NCBI GenBank assembly: GCA_046045965.1
Contig: JBJOKS010000014.1
Location: 1 to 64,000 of the forward strand
From: Cyanobacteriota bacterium
GTDB taxonomy: Bacteria; Cyanobacteriota; Cyanobacteriia; Cyanobacteriales; Nostocaceae
Length of the DNA: 64,000 nucleotides
Direction: 5' to 3'
In this document: piece after piece, positions 10,584 to 21,121 of the stretch
Layout of the letters: every line of letters begins with the position of its first letter
Position numbering within the stretch: the stretch's first letter is position 1
Notes under the pieces: generated by a model
Seen by the model: only the letters and a program-made list of their open reading frames with translations
What the model was told of the DNA's origin: nothing
Database searches by the model: none
Translations under genes and position numbers: made by a program

Positions 10584-11177
10584 TTATTCCCAAAAATCTG
10601 TGACTTCATAACCCAATTCTGCTAACATTTGTCTTAGTAATGGTAAACTCAAACCAATGACATTACTATGACAACCTTCGATTTTTTCTACAAATAAACT
10701 ACCAAAACCTTCTAAAGCAAAAGCACCGGCACATTTAAGAGGTTCACCTGTTGATACATAAGCTGCAATTGCGCGATCGCTCATTTGAGCAAAATAAACT
10801 CTCGTAATTTGGCACTTGACAATAGTTTTGTTTTGTGTATTGTCAATCAAAACATGGCCAGTATACAAGTCGCCAAAATTACCTTGCATTAAATTCCAAC
10901 GAGCGATCGCCACTTCCGCATTTTCAGGTTTACCATAAATGTCACCATTCATAGCTAAAACTGAATCACAACCCATCACCAAAGCCGATGGAAATTGGGA
11001 AATTACAGCTTCCGCTTTACACTGCGCTAGTGTTTGTACTAATTCACCTGGTTCAGTCAGTTGTATTTGTGACTCGTCAAAATCACTAGGGCTAACTATT
11101 GGTTCTATCCCCACACTTTGCAACAAGCGACGACGCGCAGGAGAAGCAGAAGCAAGTATAAATTGAGGAATGGTCAT
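10584..11177 (-). CDS. maf: Maf nucleoside triphosphate pyrophosphatase
   Basis: [25 protein letters not shown]; start MTIPQF at 11177. Confidence 0.9.
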   Translation of the reverse strand: MTIPQFILASASPARRRLLQSVGIEPIVSPSDFDESQIQLTEPGELVQTLAQCKAEAVISQFPSALVMGCDSVLAMNGDIYGKPENAEVAIARWNLMQGNFGDLYTGHVLIDNTQNKTIVKCQITRVYFAQMSDRAIAAYVSTGEPLKCAGAFALEGFGSLFVEKIEGCHSNVIGLSLPLLRQMLAELGYEVTDFWE

Positions 11178-11250
11178 AGTCAATAATACAGATGATTGGT
11201 AATTGATAATAGCTGCTCCCAGTCCCCAGTCCCAGTCCCCAAGCACCTAA

Positions 11251-11796
11251 TTAATACACAGTAAAAGAACTTACCAGTTCATCAATAGTGCGTTGCAGTT
11301 TTTTCCACCGCTTTTCTGGTACTGAAGCGTTAAAGGTAAAAAGCTTACCACGACTTACGGCAACACTAGATACATTGTGTCTTTTTTGCTGATTAGGGAG
11401 TTTTACCTCATACTCTAGAAGGTAGTATGTTTTACCGTCAACTTCTTTTTGAGCAGCATTGATTAATTCAGCTGAACGGCCAGAATCTATAGGAGCAAGA
11501 GCAGCTTTACCTAATTTATATCCTACTTCTGTTGGTGTTCCTAATTCTGTCAAAGTTTTACCGCTAGGAACGGGACTAATCACCACAGAGACGTTTTCTG
11601 ATACTTCAATTAAATCATGAAATACCACATCTGGTCCGTTGGCAACTTTCACTTGTAACCAACCATTAGGATATAAAAACTGATAACCATCAGCACTATC
11701 TATAAAGCTTTTGAGTCCAGCAGCAGCAGCTACACTAGGGTTACTGAGGCTGATACTAAACACTAAAACCAAGATTAACGCAATTCGTTTCCACAT
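11251..11796 (-). CDS. psbP: Photosystem II PsbP (CyanoP) family protein
   Basis: Signal peptide, DGYQFLYPNGW, DVVFHDLIE..ENVSVVI. Confidence 0.88.
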   Translation of the reverse strand: MWKRIALILVLVFSISLSNPSVAAAAGLKSFIDSADGYQFLYPNGWLQVKVANGPDVVFHDLIEVSENVSVVISPVPSGKTLTELGTPTEVGYKLGKAALAPIDSGRSAELINAAQKEVDGKTYYLLEYEVKLPNQQKRHNVSSVAVSRGKLFTFNASVPEKRWKKLQRTIDELVSSFTVY

Positions 11797-11947
11797 TTGA
11801 CAAAATTCCTTTGGGCTGGAAGCAATATTAAGACAAGGATGATTGCAAGTTTTTATTCTCCCATCAATTGGTACGCTTGAGGCTATGGAGATGATCTTGA
11901 TGATTTTTGAGACATTAGGGTAATTCCTGAGTGAGATTTAATGAGGT

Positions 11948-12400
11948 TTAACTACTGACCCGTGCTTCTTGAATAAGAGTGCGTTGGTAGATTTGATGAT
12001 TTTTAAACCAATGCCAAGTGCGTGCGCGATAATTATTATCTGGACTAATTTGAATCATTTCATATAAATACATATCTGGTGGAAACTGCTTATAACCAAA
12101 CCACAAAATAATAGTGGAATCATCAATTTCCCAGGCTTTACCTTGAATGCGTTCTGTATCAAACCAGAGTTTTTTATCTTGATATGTTCCTGGAAATTGA
12201 TGTTCTTCTTTTTTACCATCAGCCCAAGTATAACGATTAATTTGATAGTATGAATAATCGCCATGTTCAGGAAATTGACAACTCAAATGAGATTGATGAA
12301 CATCAACAATTTTTCCGGTTGTATCAACTAGGGTATAAGTTCCCATCCATTCACCTTGATGACGGGATAAAACAGGCATTTCTAAACGAATATTAGACAT
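11948..12400 (-). CDS. DUF3598-like beta-barrel protein
   Basis: HQGEWMGTY N-terminal motif, aromatic beta-strand pattern, LYEMIQ..RARTWHWF. Confidence 0.6.
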   Translation of the reverse strand: MSNIRLEMPVLSRHQGEWMGTYTLVDTTGKIVDVHQSHLSCQFPEHGDYSYYQINRYTWADGKKEEHQFPGTYQDKKLWFDTERIQGKAWEIDDSTIILWFGYKQFPPDMYLYEMIQISPDNNYRARTWHWFKNHQIYQRTLIQEARVSS

Positions 12401-12480
12401 AGTTAGTTTGGTAATTGGTAATTGTTAATTGGTAATAGATAGAAAGTTATTCTCCCCTGCTCCCAGTCCCTATCATTTCC

Positions 12481-13902
12481 CTACTCTTCATCATGAAACC
12501 ACCAAGGGTCTTTATTGGTGTTAGTTTTAATTAAAAAAGCTTTTTTTCGCAGAAAGCGTTTGAATCCTGCTGCACCCATGCGGGAACCTCCTAAACCGGA
12601 AAACTTAAAGGCATTTTTCTCTCCTTCTTGCATCATAGCTGTTAAACCTGCATCATTAATACTAATAGCACCTACATCTAATTGCATACCAATTTCCATT
12701 GCTAATTCTGCTGGTTCAGCAAATATAGCAGCACTCAATCCATAAATAGAATCATTTGCTAAATCTATAGCTTCTTCGATGGTAGAAAAAGACATAATGG
12801 GCATAATTGGACCAAATGTTTCTTCGGTCATGATTTTCATAAAATGGTGAACATTAGTGATCACTGTAGGACGACACCACCAACCACCACCTAATTCTTC
12901 AATTTTACCACCACAATGAATGATTGCTCCTTGAGAAACTGCATCTTGTAAATGTTCATTAATAATTGCGGCTTGGTTTTCAGAAATGATCGGACCAATT
13001 TCTCCACTTTCAACAGTTGGATAAGCTAGTTGAAGACGATGGGCTTTAGCAACTAATTGATGATAAAATAGTTCAAATATAGATTCAGCCACATAAATTC
13101 TTTCAATTGATAAACATGACTGTCCAGAATTAACGACAGAACCCCATAAAATCGCTGAAGTTGCTAAATCTAAATCTGCTGATTCTAAGACAATAGCTGG
13201 ATCTTTGCCACCTAATTCTAAGTAAGCAGGAATAAAGTTTTTGGCTGCGGTTTCTGCGACTACTCTTCCAGTTTCCACACTACCGGTAAAACAAATTAAA
13301 TCTACATCTTCTATTAAAGCTGCACCTGTTTGTCCTGCACCTTCGACAAAATTCAAAGCATCTTTTAAATGGGGAATTGTATTTAATGTTGTTATTAAAG
13401 GTCCAACAAAACGGGGTGTAATTTCACTGGGTTTGACTATGACTGCACAACCAGCTAATAAAGCCGGAATTGTATCAATTGTAGATAACAAAAGGGGGAA
13501 ATTCCAAGGACTAATGACACCAACTAGGGGGTAAGGAACGGCTTTTTGTTGTAATGCAATAAAGGGAATAGATGTATTTTTTGAGGTTTCTTGTAATAGC
13601 TGGGGAGCTAAATTACACCATCTATCAATGCTAGATAAAAAAGAATCTATTTCTAAAATTGAAGTTGATAATCTGCCTGTATCATTTACTAAAGCATCTG
13701 TGAGTGGTTTGCGATTAGATAATATGACTTGTTTCCATTGCTGTAGTGCTTCAATTCTACCTTCAATACCGATTTCTTGCCAAGGAATTTGTCCCCTACG
13801 AAGTCGATGACATTGCTGAGAAAGCAACTTCGGGGGTGGGGGGATGATGACATAATCAAATTTACCTGTGCGGGGGTTACGAACTTCGATTGGTTTTGAC
13901 AT
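12481..13902 (-). CDS. Aldehyde dehydrogenase family protein
   Basis: ISPWNFP, KPSE, FTGS, LELGGKDP, GQSC, EETFGP. Confidence 0.93.
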   Translation of the reverse strand: MSKPIEVRNPRTGKFDYVIIPPPPKLLSQQCHRLRRGQIPWQEIGIEGRIEALQQWKQVILSNRKPLTDALVNDTGRLSTSILEIDSFLSSIDRWCNLAPQLLQETSKNTSIPFIALQQKAVPYPLVGVISPWNFPLLLSTIDTIPALLAGCAVIVKPSEITPRFVGPLITTLNTIPHLKDALNFVEGAGQTGAALIEDVDLICFTGSVETGRVVAETAAKNFIPAYLELGGKDPAIVLESADLDLATSAILWGSVVNSGQSCLSIERIYVAESIFELFYHQLVAKAHRLQLAYPTVESGEIGPIISENQAAIINEHLQDAVSQGAIIHCGGKIEELGGGWWCRPTVITNVHHFMKIMTEETFGPIMPIMSFSTIEEAIDLANDSIYGLSAAIFAEPAELAMEIGMQLDVGAISINDAGLTAMMQEGEKNAFKFSGLGGSRMGAAGFKRFLRKKAFLIKTNTNKDPWWFHDEE

Positions 13903-13933
13903 TGGAAAGAGGGAAAAAGAAATTACTTATTGT

Positions 13934-14974
13934 TCAAATTATCCCTAATTTGGTGAGACGTTCAATAGTTTCTTTTTGGGTTTGAATGAAATGTTTACGG
14001 TCTATTTTTCCATCCTGCATGGTGTTAGGGGGGTAAAAGCTGGAATTACTGTAACTTTCAGCGTAGAGTTCAAAACGTTGACGAGAGAGCAAATTATTTA
14101 AACCTGGTCGTTGGCGATCGCTCCTTAATCCTGTTATATTAATTTCAGCAAAGGCTACCATACTTTCACCTGCACCTGTTTCTGCTAATACGATACCCCG
14201 ATAATCAATAATTTTAGAACCACCGTCTACAGAAGCAGCAGGAATAGAACTATTAACTATACCTGCTGTATTAACTGAAATGACATAAACCATATTTTCC
14301 ACACTACGGCTAATTTTAGCAGCATCTTTAGGGGTAATATTTTTACTATAAACTTCTGATGTCGGATGTAATAAAATTTCTGCACCGCGCATTGTTAAAC
14401 AACGAGCAACTTCTGGATATAAAATTTCTTCTGATGCTAAAGCTGCTAAATTGCCAATTTCTGTTTTTGCAACGGGGAAAACTCCTTCTAAACCATAACA
14501 TTCCAGGTATTTATCCCACACATCATGGGGTGTAGGTGCAAACATGGAATTTAAGCGACGGTAGCGTAAAATAATTGAGCCGGATGGATCAATAATAAAG
14601 CAAGTTTGAAAATATAAACCTGGAAAATTTTGATCTAATTCATAAGCATTACCAGCTAAAAAGATTTTATATTTTTGAGCTATTTTACCAAGTGCTTCAT
14701 ATTCAAACCCGGACATTTCTAAACAAGCTTTTTCTCTCCATTCTTCTAGAGATTCTCCCATGGGAAAACCTGTGAGAAAATATTCCGGGAGAACAATTAA
14801 ACGACAGTCAGAACCTATAAAAGCTAAACTAGCAGCAATTTGATTTTCTAAACGTTGAATGGTATTTTGAATAATTAAACGAGCTTCAGTTGGACTTGCT
14901 TGGTTGACTGCATGACAAGTTACTTGTAATGCTAAAGCGCGGAATGAGTCGAGGTAGTTACTGTTATTGGTCAT
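13934..14974 (-). CDS. Nitrilase-related carbon-nitrogen hydrolase with atypical active site
   Basis: LPEY, YRR, ASEEILYPE, ENMVYV, GGSKIID. Confidence 0.85.
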   Translation of the reverse strand: MTNNSNYLDSFRALALQVTCHAVNQASPTEARLIIQNTIQRLENQIAASLAFIGSDCRLIVLPEYFLTGFPMGESLEEWREKACLEMSGFEYEALGKIAQKYKIFLAGNAYELDQNFPGLYFQTCFIIDPSGSIILRYRRLNSMFAPTPHDVWDKYLECYGLEGVFPVAKTEIGNLAALASEEILYPEVARCLTMRGAEILLHPTSEVYSKNITPKDAAKISRSVENMVYVISVNTAGIVNSSIPAASVDGGSKIIDYRGIVLAETGAGESMVAFAEINITGLRSDRQRPGLNNLLSRQRFELYAESYSNSSFYPPNTMQDGKIDRKHFIQTQKETIERLTKLGII

Positions 14975-15185
14975 ATTTTGGTAATGGGTAATTGTTAATA
15001 GGTAATTGATGACTTTTCTCAGTGTCCTCTGTGTCTCTGTGGTTCGTTTAAGAAACAGTTAATAACTCAAATAGGATGAAAATAGGATGAAAATAGGATG
15101 ACTAGATGGAAGTTTATATTTATATTATGTTTATATAATGTCTATATAATCAATCCCTTCGCCAAAATCAAAAATATCTTGATTT

Positions 15186-15242
15186 GTAGGTTGGGTTGAG
15201 GAACGAAACCCAACAAATACGTTGGGTTTCACTTCGTTCAAC
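15186..15242. repeat. Partial GTAG-type REP-like palindromic repeat (GTAGGTTGGGTTGA..GAAACCCAAC/GTTGGGTTTC)
   Basis: Same family as 20652-20726, 20881-20977 and 55546-55627. Confidence 0.8.
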
Positions 15243-15340
15243 TTTTCCAAAACTTGGCATAAATTAACCGTAAAATTTGCAAAATTAAAGATATGCGAGA
15301 TTGAGGTATTATTTAAAATGTTAACTGTGTGATTGATTTT

Positions 15341-16204
15341 ATGTCAACTGCTGAAAAATTGCGGGAATTACTCGCAGGTTCGGAAATTATCGTTATTCCC
15401 GGTGTCTATGACTGTTTGAGTGCAAAACTGGTTGAAAAAACGGGTTTTCAGGTTGCTGCTACCAGTGGTTTTGGTATTGCTGCTTCTACCTTGGGTTTAC
15501 CTGACTATGGTTTTCTCACTGCTACGGAAATGTTTTACAGTGTAGGACGGATAACACAATCAATTAATATACCCTTAATTGCAGATTGTGATACTGGTTA
15601 TGGTAACGCTTTAAATGTGATGCGGACTGTAAAAGATGCGGTACAAATTGGGTTAGCAGGGATAATTTTGGAAGATCAAGAATGGCCTAAAAAATGTGGT
15701 CATTTTGAAGGTAAGCGAGTTATTTCTATGCAGGAACACACGGGAAAAATTCGTGCTGCTGTGGAAGCAAGGGGTGATAGTGGTTTGGTAATCATTGCTA
15801 GAACTGATGCACGCGCACTTTTGGGTTTGGAAGAAGCTATTCAACGAGGAAAATCTTACATCAATGCAGGTGCAGATGTGTTATTTATTGAAGCACCTCA
15901 ATCTGTGGCAGAATTAGAAATCATTGCTAATTCTTTTCCTGATATCCCGTTAGTTGCTAATATTGTGGAAGGTGGAAAAACACCGGAAATTACAACAAAA
16001 GAATTACAAAATTTAGGTTTTAAAATTGTCTTTTTTCCTTTGACTGCGCTGATGGTTGTTACTGAAGTAATGAGTAATTGTTTTCAACATCTAAAAGAAC
16101 AAGGAAGTACAACTAATTTATCCGGTTTGATGAATTTTCAAGATTTTCAAGAATTGATGGGTGTTCCTGAATATCTGCAAATTGAAAAGGAATATCAGCA
16201 GTAA
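15341..16204 (+). CDS. Isocitrate lyase/PEP mutase family enzyme (2-methylisocitrate lyase-like)
   Basis: GLPDYG, ADCDTGYG, EDQ.WPKKCGH, IARTDA. Confidence 0.88.
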   Translation: MSTAEKLRELLAGSEIIVIPGVYDCLSAKLVEKTGFQVAATSGFGIAASTLGLPDYGFLTATEMFYSVGRITQSINIPLIADCDTGYGNALNVMRTVKDAVQIGLAGIILEDQEWPKKCGHFEGKRVISMQEHTGKIRAAVEARGDSGLVIIARTDARALLGLEEAIQRGKSYINAGADVLFIEAPQSVAELEIIANSFPDIPLVANIVEGGKTPEITTKELQNLGFKIVFFPLTALMVVTEVMSNCFQHLKEQGSTTNLSGLMNFQDFQELMGVPEYLQIEKEYQQ

Positions 16205-16254
16205 ATAGGTAATTGGTGATTGGTTTGTTAGCAATTTTTAGCTAGGATGAATTT

Positions 16255-16851
16255 ATGTCAAATTTAACAACAGCTTTGAATCGAATTTTAGATTGGTTGC
16301 AATTACATAAACCTGATGATGCAGCAGGGTTTTTACCGGGTTTATCTTTAGAAGAAATCGAAGAAAAAGTTAAAGTTTTACCTTTTCGTTTACCTCAAGC
16401 AGTATATGAACTTTATCAATGGGGTAATGGTTCATCAAATGAGGAAATGATCTTTGTTTATCACTATTTTTTAAGTTTAGATACTGCTATAGAATTAGCA
16501 ATACCAGAAAAGGATGATTATTGCTTAAATTCTGTGATTTTCCAGCAGTTTCGTCAAGAGGATGGTAAACCGCGTTATGTATTTCCTCTGTTTGAATTTG
16601 AAGGAGAATATTTTGCTATTTCTGTAAGTTCAGAACTACAAGAAGATGCTGCTATTTATTTGATTTTTCATGATCAAACTTTAGCTTTTACTAGCCTCAG
16701 TAATATGATGCTGACAATTGCAGAATGCTATGAAACTGGAGTTTATTCCCTAGATAGTGAAGAAGAGTTTAACTGGGATATTCAAAAATTTGGTGTCATC
16801 CGTCGTCAGTATAACCCTGAAGCTGCAACCTGTATCTATGCAGGTGAATAG
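16255..16851 (+). CDS. SMI1/KNR4 (SUKH) family protein
   Basis: LPGLSLEEIEE..LPF.LP..VYELYQW.NG pattern. Confidence 0.75.
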   Translation: MSNLTTALNRILDWLQLHKPDDAAGFLPGLSLEEIEEKVKVLPFRLPQAVYELYQWGNGSSNEEMIFVYHYFLSLDTAIELAIPEKDDYCLNSVIFQQFRQEDGKPRYVFPLFEFEGEYFAISVSSELQEDAAIYLIFHDQTLAFTSLSNMMLTIAECYETGVYSLDSEEEFNWDIQKFGVIRRQYNPEAATCIYAGE

Positions 16852-16959
16852 ATATTCTAACTAAGATGAATTTGTTTATTACTAAGATGTCAACAATAAT
16901 TAAACGCAGATGGACGCAGATAAACGCAGATGAAAACGTAAGGATTTAGCATAGCATTC

Positions 16960-17025
16960 AGATCCCCGACTTCTGGCAAGAAATCATAATTTATTGATAC
17001 GATTAAATAAAGAAGTCGGGGATCT
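16960..17025. repeat. Dispersed inverted-repeat element AGATCCCCGACTTCT...AGAAGTCGGGGATCT
   Basis: 15-bp perfect arms; another copy at 40625-40687 and a degenerate copy at ~20039-20070. Confidence 0.85.
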
Positions 17026-17197
17026 TACCCATCGATTTATTAAACTACCTGAATCTTGAACATAAAAACAGATAAATTCATGATATTACTGATTTATTGA
17101 GGAAGTGATTGATCTAAATATTTAGATACATATAAGTTTTTTAAAACTGGATTTTAGCAAAAAAGATTTTTACCCTCATTTTCGCAATAAGCCCTGG

Positions 17198-17312
17198 CTA
17201 TTATCAATATTATTGACATCATTCTCAATAATTTAACGAGTTTTGGTTTTTTCAGCGATTGATATTGACATATACTTTTTTTCTGGTACTATATATGTAA
17301 GATCCAAGGGAT
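17198..17312 (+). repeat. ~115-bp dispersed element carrying a sigma70-like promoter (copy 1; copy 2 at 39321-39437)
   Basis: Colinear shared blocks TCAATATTATTGA, ATTTAACGA.TTTTGGTT, TTGACA, TTTCTGGTA, ATCC(C)AAGGGAT. Confidence 0.7.
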
Positions 17313-17345
17313 CTATATATCCTCTAAGGAATAACTGAAATTACT

Positions 17346-18512
17346 CTACAACTGCATTTCTTTTAAAGTATTCACCAACTTATTAATATGCTCTTTTTCA
17401 TGGGTTGCCATGATTGTAATTCTGATGCGACTGGTAGGGACAGTGGGTGGACGGATCGCAGGTGCAAAAATACCCGCTTCTTTCAGATGCTTTCCTACTG
17501 TTAAAGCTGTAGCAGCATCAGGTAATGGAAAACATAATATGGGAGATTGGGAAGGTAGAATTTTTAGATTAGGTAAATTTTCTGTTATCAAACGTTTTAA
17601 ATAATCAACATTTTCCCATAGTTGCTGTCGGCGTTCTGGTTGTTGTTGTACTATCTTAATTGCTGCTAAGGCTGCGGCTGTGTCTGCTGGTGACAAGGCT
17701 GTGGTATAAATCCAACTGGGAGCGCGGTTTCTTAAAAAGTCAATTAATTGATGACTTCCCGCTACATATCCGCCTAAACTTCCCAAAGCTTTGCTTAATG
17801 TACCTATTTGAATTAACTCTCTACCTGTACAGTCGAAATGCTCCACACAACCAGCACCTGTTTTTCCCACAACTCCGGTAGCGTGTGCTTCGTCTATCAG
17901 CAGCATACAACTAAATTTTTCAGCTAAATTTAGCAGTTCTGGTAAAGGACATAAATCACCATCCATGCTAAAAACGCTGTCGGTAATTATTAAACAACGT
18001 CTGTGATTTTGACGTTGTTGTTGTAATTTTGCTGTTAATTCTTTGATGTCACAATGACGATATTCTGTGATAGTTGCACCGCTAAGAACTGCACCGTTTT
18101 TTAAACTGGAATGGTTATATTGATCTGATAATATTAAATCTCGTTTTCCGACTAAGGCAGTAATTGCACCTAAATTTGCTAAATAACCTGAACTAAAAAC
18201 TACTGCATCTTCTGTTTGTTTGGTAGATGCGATCGCCTGTTCCAATTCCCTGTGTAATTCTCTATGTCCGCTGAGTAATCGAGAACCTGTACTACCAGTA
18301 CCGAATTCTTGAATAGCTTGAATTGCGGCTTTTTTTAAGCTTTCATCTGCTGCTAATCCTAAATAATCGTTACTTGCGAAATTAATCACCTTTTGCCCAG
18401 ATAACAGCACATTTGCACCGGGAAGACTGTTAATTGTTTGTACAGAACGATACCAGTCAGCCCGATGAATAGTTGTTAATGATTCCTGTATCCAAGCGTA
18501 AGGATTATTCAT
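17346..18512 (-). CDS. bioF: 8-amino-7-oxononanoate synthase
   Basis: [47 protein letters not shown]. Confidence 0.95.
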   Translation of the reverse strand: MNNPYAWIQESLTTIHRADWYRSVQTINSLPGANVLLSGQKVINFASNDYLGLAADESLKKAAIQAIQEFGTGSTGSRLLSGHRELHRELEQAIASTKQTEDAVVFSSGYLANLGAITALVGKRDLILSDQYNHSSLKNGAVLSGATITEYRHCDIKELTAKLQQQRQNHRRCLIITDSVFSMDGDLCPLPELLNLAEKFSCMLLIDEAHATGVVGKTGAGCVEHFDCTGRELIQIGTLSKALGSLGGYVAGSHQLIDFLRNRAPSWIYTTALSPADTAAALAAIKIVQQQPERRQQLWENVDYLKRLITENLPNLKILPSQSPILCFPLPDAATALTVGKHLKEAGIFAPAIRPPTVPTSRIRITIMATHEKEHINKLVNTLKEMQL

Positions 18513-18564
18513 TTTGGATTTTAGATTTTAGATTTTGAATTTTCTAATTCCCAAGTCCCAATTT

Positions 18565-19206
18565 TCAACCAGTAACTACTTCATTGCTACTCAGATGTGC
18601 GATCGCTTGTTTGATCCAATCTTCCACATAAGCATCTTTAGGTAAACCGATATTTTCGCTAACGACGTGCAGAGCGTGACTAACTTCATGGGCAGTATAT
18701 CCCAAAGCGAAGAGAGTCATTTGCACCTCTTCCAAAATTCCTGGTGCTGGACCACCTGTAGCCACGAAGAACCCTGCTGATTTACGCCACTCAATCAATT
18801 TGCTTTTCAGTTCTAAACATAAGCGTTCAGCGGTTTTCTTGCCCACTCCAGGAGCTTGAATTAAGATTTGGGTATTAGCCGCAATAATCGCTTGCACTAA
18901 CTCTGGTAATTCCAAAGTGTCCAAAAGAGCGATCGCTAAAGCTGCACCAATTCCACTTACAGACAACAGGTGACGAAATAAATCCCGTTCTGAGGGGGAA
19001 GAAAAGCCATAGAGCATGGGAACTTCTTCCCGAATTTGGTAATGGGTAAAAATTTGTACCACATTTCCAGTATTTGTTAATTGGTTAGCTAGGCGTTGGG
19101 GAACTTGTAAATCATACCCCGTGCCATTGACTTCTAAAGTCAGAATCGTGCGATTGGCGCTAACCGTTTGCACACCAGCCACTATACCTTTAAGATAGCT
19201 TATCAT
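18565..19206 (-). CDS. ruvA: Holliday junction branch migration protein RuvA
   Basis: MISYLKG start (ATG overlaps spp stop, ATGA), [19 protein letters not shown]. Confidence 0.95.
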   Translation of the reverse strand: MISYLKGIVAGVQTVSANRTILTLEVNGTGYDLQVPQRLANQLTNTGNVVQIFTHYQIREEVPMLYGFSSPSERDLFRHLLSVSGIGAALAIALLDTLELPELVQAIIAANTQILIQAPGVGKKTAERLCLELKSKLIEWRKSAGFFVATGGPAPGILEEVQMTLFALGYTAHEVSHALHVVSENIGLPKDAYVEDWIKQAIAHLSSNEVVTG

Positions 19207-19949
19207 TCTAGGAAACCAAAGTATTTGAGTCCTTCTATAATCCCCGCCGCACAAAAGTTTTGTGCTAGGTAACGGTAGTCAGCAGGGTTTTGATTGTGCC
19301 ATTGTAACAACTCTGGACGAGCATTACCGACAATGATTCCCCGTTCGTTACCTACTGCGAATAAAGCAATATCATTACCTGAATCGCCACAAACAACAGT
19401 CTGCTCGGCTGCAAATTCCCACTTTTGTCGTAAAAATTGCATTGCTTGACCTTTATCGCTGGTATGGGGTAAAATGTCAAGGTCTATTCCGCTACTATAA
19501 ATTAATTTTATATTTAGTTGGGATTTTTGCAATTCTGCCTCAAGTTTTGGTAATATCCCAGAAAACTCGGCTTTAAGGAAGAAACTGACCTTAAAAGGGC
19601 GTTGTTCTGATTCTGGTTGCAGAACCAATTCAGGAAATTTCTGAGTAATAGCAAGTATAGTTTCCCTTTGCCATCCGGGGGAGAGAATTTCTGACCATTC
19701 GGGATCTGGAGTGTCGCTACCATCGAGATAAATTTCCGTACCGACAGATAAAACCAGTGCGTCTGGGGAGAAGAGATTTTTTGCCTGTTGTAATTCTCGA
19801 TAAAAAATAGGCGATCGCCCTGTAGAATAAACTATTTTTGTACCATGTTGTTGACGATGTTGTTGGAGGCGATCGCTCAATTCTCCCAAAGCCTGATCAT
19901 CGCCTACTAGGGTATTATCTAGGTCGGTTACAAATAAAAACTTAGTCAC
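19203..19949 (-). CDS. spp: Sucrose-phosphate phosphatase
   Basis: [39 protein letters not shown]; likely GTG start at 19949 with GAGGA SD. Confidence 0.88.
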   Translation of the reverse strand: MTKFLFVTDLDNTLVGDDQALGELSDRLQQHRQQHGTKIVYSTGRSPIFYRELQQAKNLFSPDALVLSVGTEIYLDGSDTPDPEWSEILSPGWQRETILAITQKFPELVLQPESEQRPFKVSFFLKAEFSGILPKLEAELQKSQLNIKLIYSSGIDLDILPHTSDKGQAMQFLRQKWEFAAEQTVVCGDSGNDIALFAVGNERGIIVGNARPELLQWHNQNPADYRYLAQNFCAAGIIEGLKYFGFLE

Positions 19950-20095
19950 AGCAATATCCTCAATTTGTGTGAATGTTGGCATCAATACTCTGAAAGATTA
20001 CCGCAAACTGAGGCAAAGTTTACATTTTTCTCACACCCAGAACCCCAACTTCTCAAAGAAGTCCGCGATTTACACGAGGTATAATTAAAATAACG

Positions 20096-20278
20096 CTATT
20101 GAATAAGTGAAGAAAAATATTGAGTGAGAATTAAACATAATGCAATAGTCAATCGAGAATGGAATCTTTTTGGTGACATTTTTGGTTTTGCTTCCCCGTT
20201 AACTAATTCATAGGTGATATCCTCTTCTGGCAGGTTGAGAAATTCTTGTAGTGTCAGTTGATTTTTAATAGCAATCAT
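20096..20278 (-). pseudogene. Truncated Uma2-family endonuclease (N-terminal fragment)
   Basis: LTLQEFL.LPE..YELVNG...KMSP..FHS is the typical Uma2 N-terminus; stops at 60 aa. Confidence 0.72.
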
Positions 20279-20281
20279 AAA

Positions 20282-20600
20282 TTTGTCTGAATCAGGATAT
20301 CCAGGATTTTAGGATTTACAGGATGTTGTTTATCTGCGTTCATCCGCGTTCATCTGCGTTTTACTTTTGATGTTTTTTTATTCGTTATTATTGTTAGATT
20401 ATTTTTTTAACGAACCACAGAGGCGCAGAGAAGCCATTGCGTTGGGCGGGTTTCCCGACTTGAAGCAACTGGCGCGACACAGAGATAAAATTTCAATTTA
20501 CTAAAGTTTAGATGTCTGATTTTTTTAATCTTTATTATATCAAATGTGGGTTATTTTTGAGAATATCAAATAACATCCTGTACATCCTGATTCAGACAAA
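20282..20600. mobile_element. MITE-like composite element bounded by 17-bp inverted repeats TTTGTCTGAATCAGGAT / ATCCTGATTCAGACAAA, with nested short repeats
   Basis: Perfect IR read directly; internal ATCTGCGTT and CACAGAG/CGCAGAG repeats. Confidence 0.6.
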
Positions 20601-20615
20601 ATCAAGTCCTCAACT

Positions 20616-20751
20616 CAATACTTTTCGGTTAAGCCCAAAAAATATAATGATGTAGGTTGGGTTGACGATAGGAAACCCAACATTTACAAGGGTTTGTTGG
20701 GTTTCACTTTGTTCAACCCAACCTACGAAAACTCTTAACCGAACAGTATTG
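20616..20751. mobile_element. 136-bp MITE with 18-bp TIRs and 10-bp target-site duplication (Nezha-like architecture)
   Basis: CAATACTTTTCGGTTAAG / CTTAACCGAACAGTATTG (1 mismatch); GTCCTCAACT at 20606-20615 and 20752-20761. Confidence 0.88.
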
Positions 20752-20784
20752 GTCCTCAACTTTCATCATGATACAAATATTTGA

Positions 20785-20815
20785 GTAGGGATAAAGCGTG
20801 TTGCTAAACCCCTAC
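20785..20815. repeat. Short GTAG REP-like hairpin (..TGCTAAACCCCTAC family), degenerate
   Basis: Related copies at 54861-54889 and 61098-61126. Confidence 0.65.
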
Positions 20816-20843
20816 GACAAATTTATTGATCTAAATCAGGATT

Positions 20844-20977
20844 CAATACTTTTCGGTTAAACTCAAAACAACGAAATCACGTAGGTTGGGTTGTTCGCGT
20901 TAGCGTTGCGAAGCAATGGAACGAAACCCAACGTTTACAAGGGTTTGTTGGGTTTCACTTTGTTCAACCCAACCTAC
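20844..20977. mobile_element. Second, incomplete copy of the MITE (left TIR plus internal REP-like palindrome, no right TIR)
   Basis: CAATACTTTTCGGTTAA at 20844, then GTAGGTTGGGTTG...CAACCCAACCTAC with a short extra insertion. Confidence 0.72.
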
Positions 20978-21121
20978 AAAAATCCTCGACAGCAGTGCGA
21001 GTTGGCATTCCATAACTTCACCTGTAGATATAGACAAAAGAATAACTCCACACCTTGATAACTTTTCAAAAGTGAGGGGTTTCTATTTTCCTGACTCTAA
21101 TTGTCACCAATCACCAATCAC

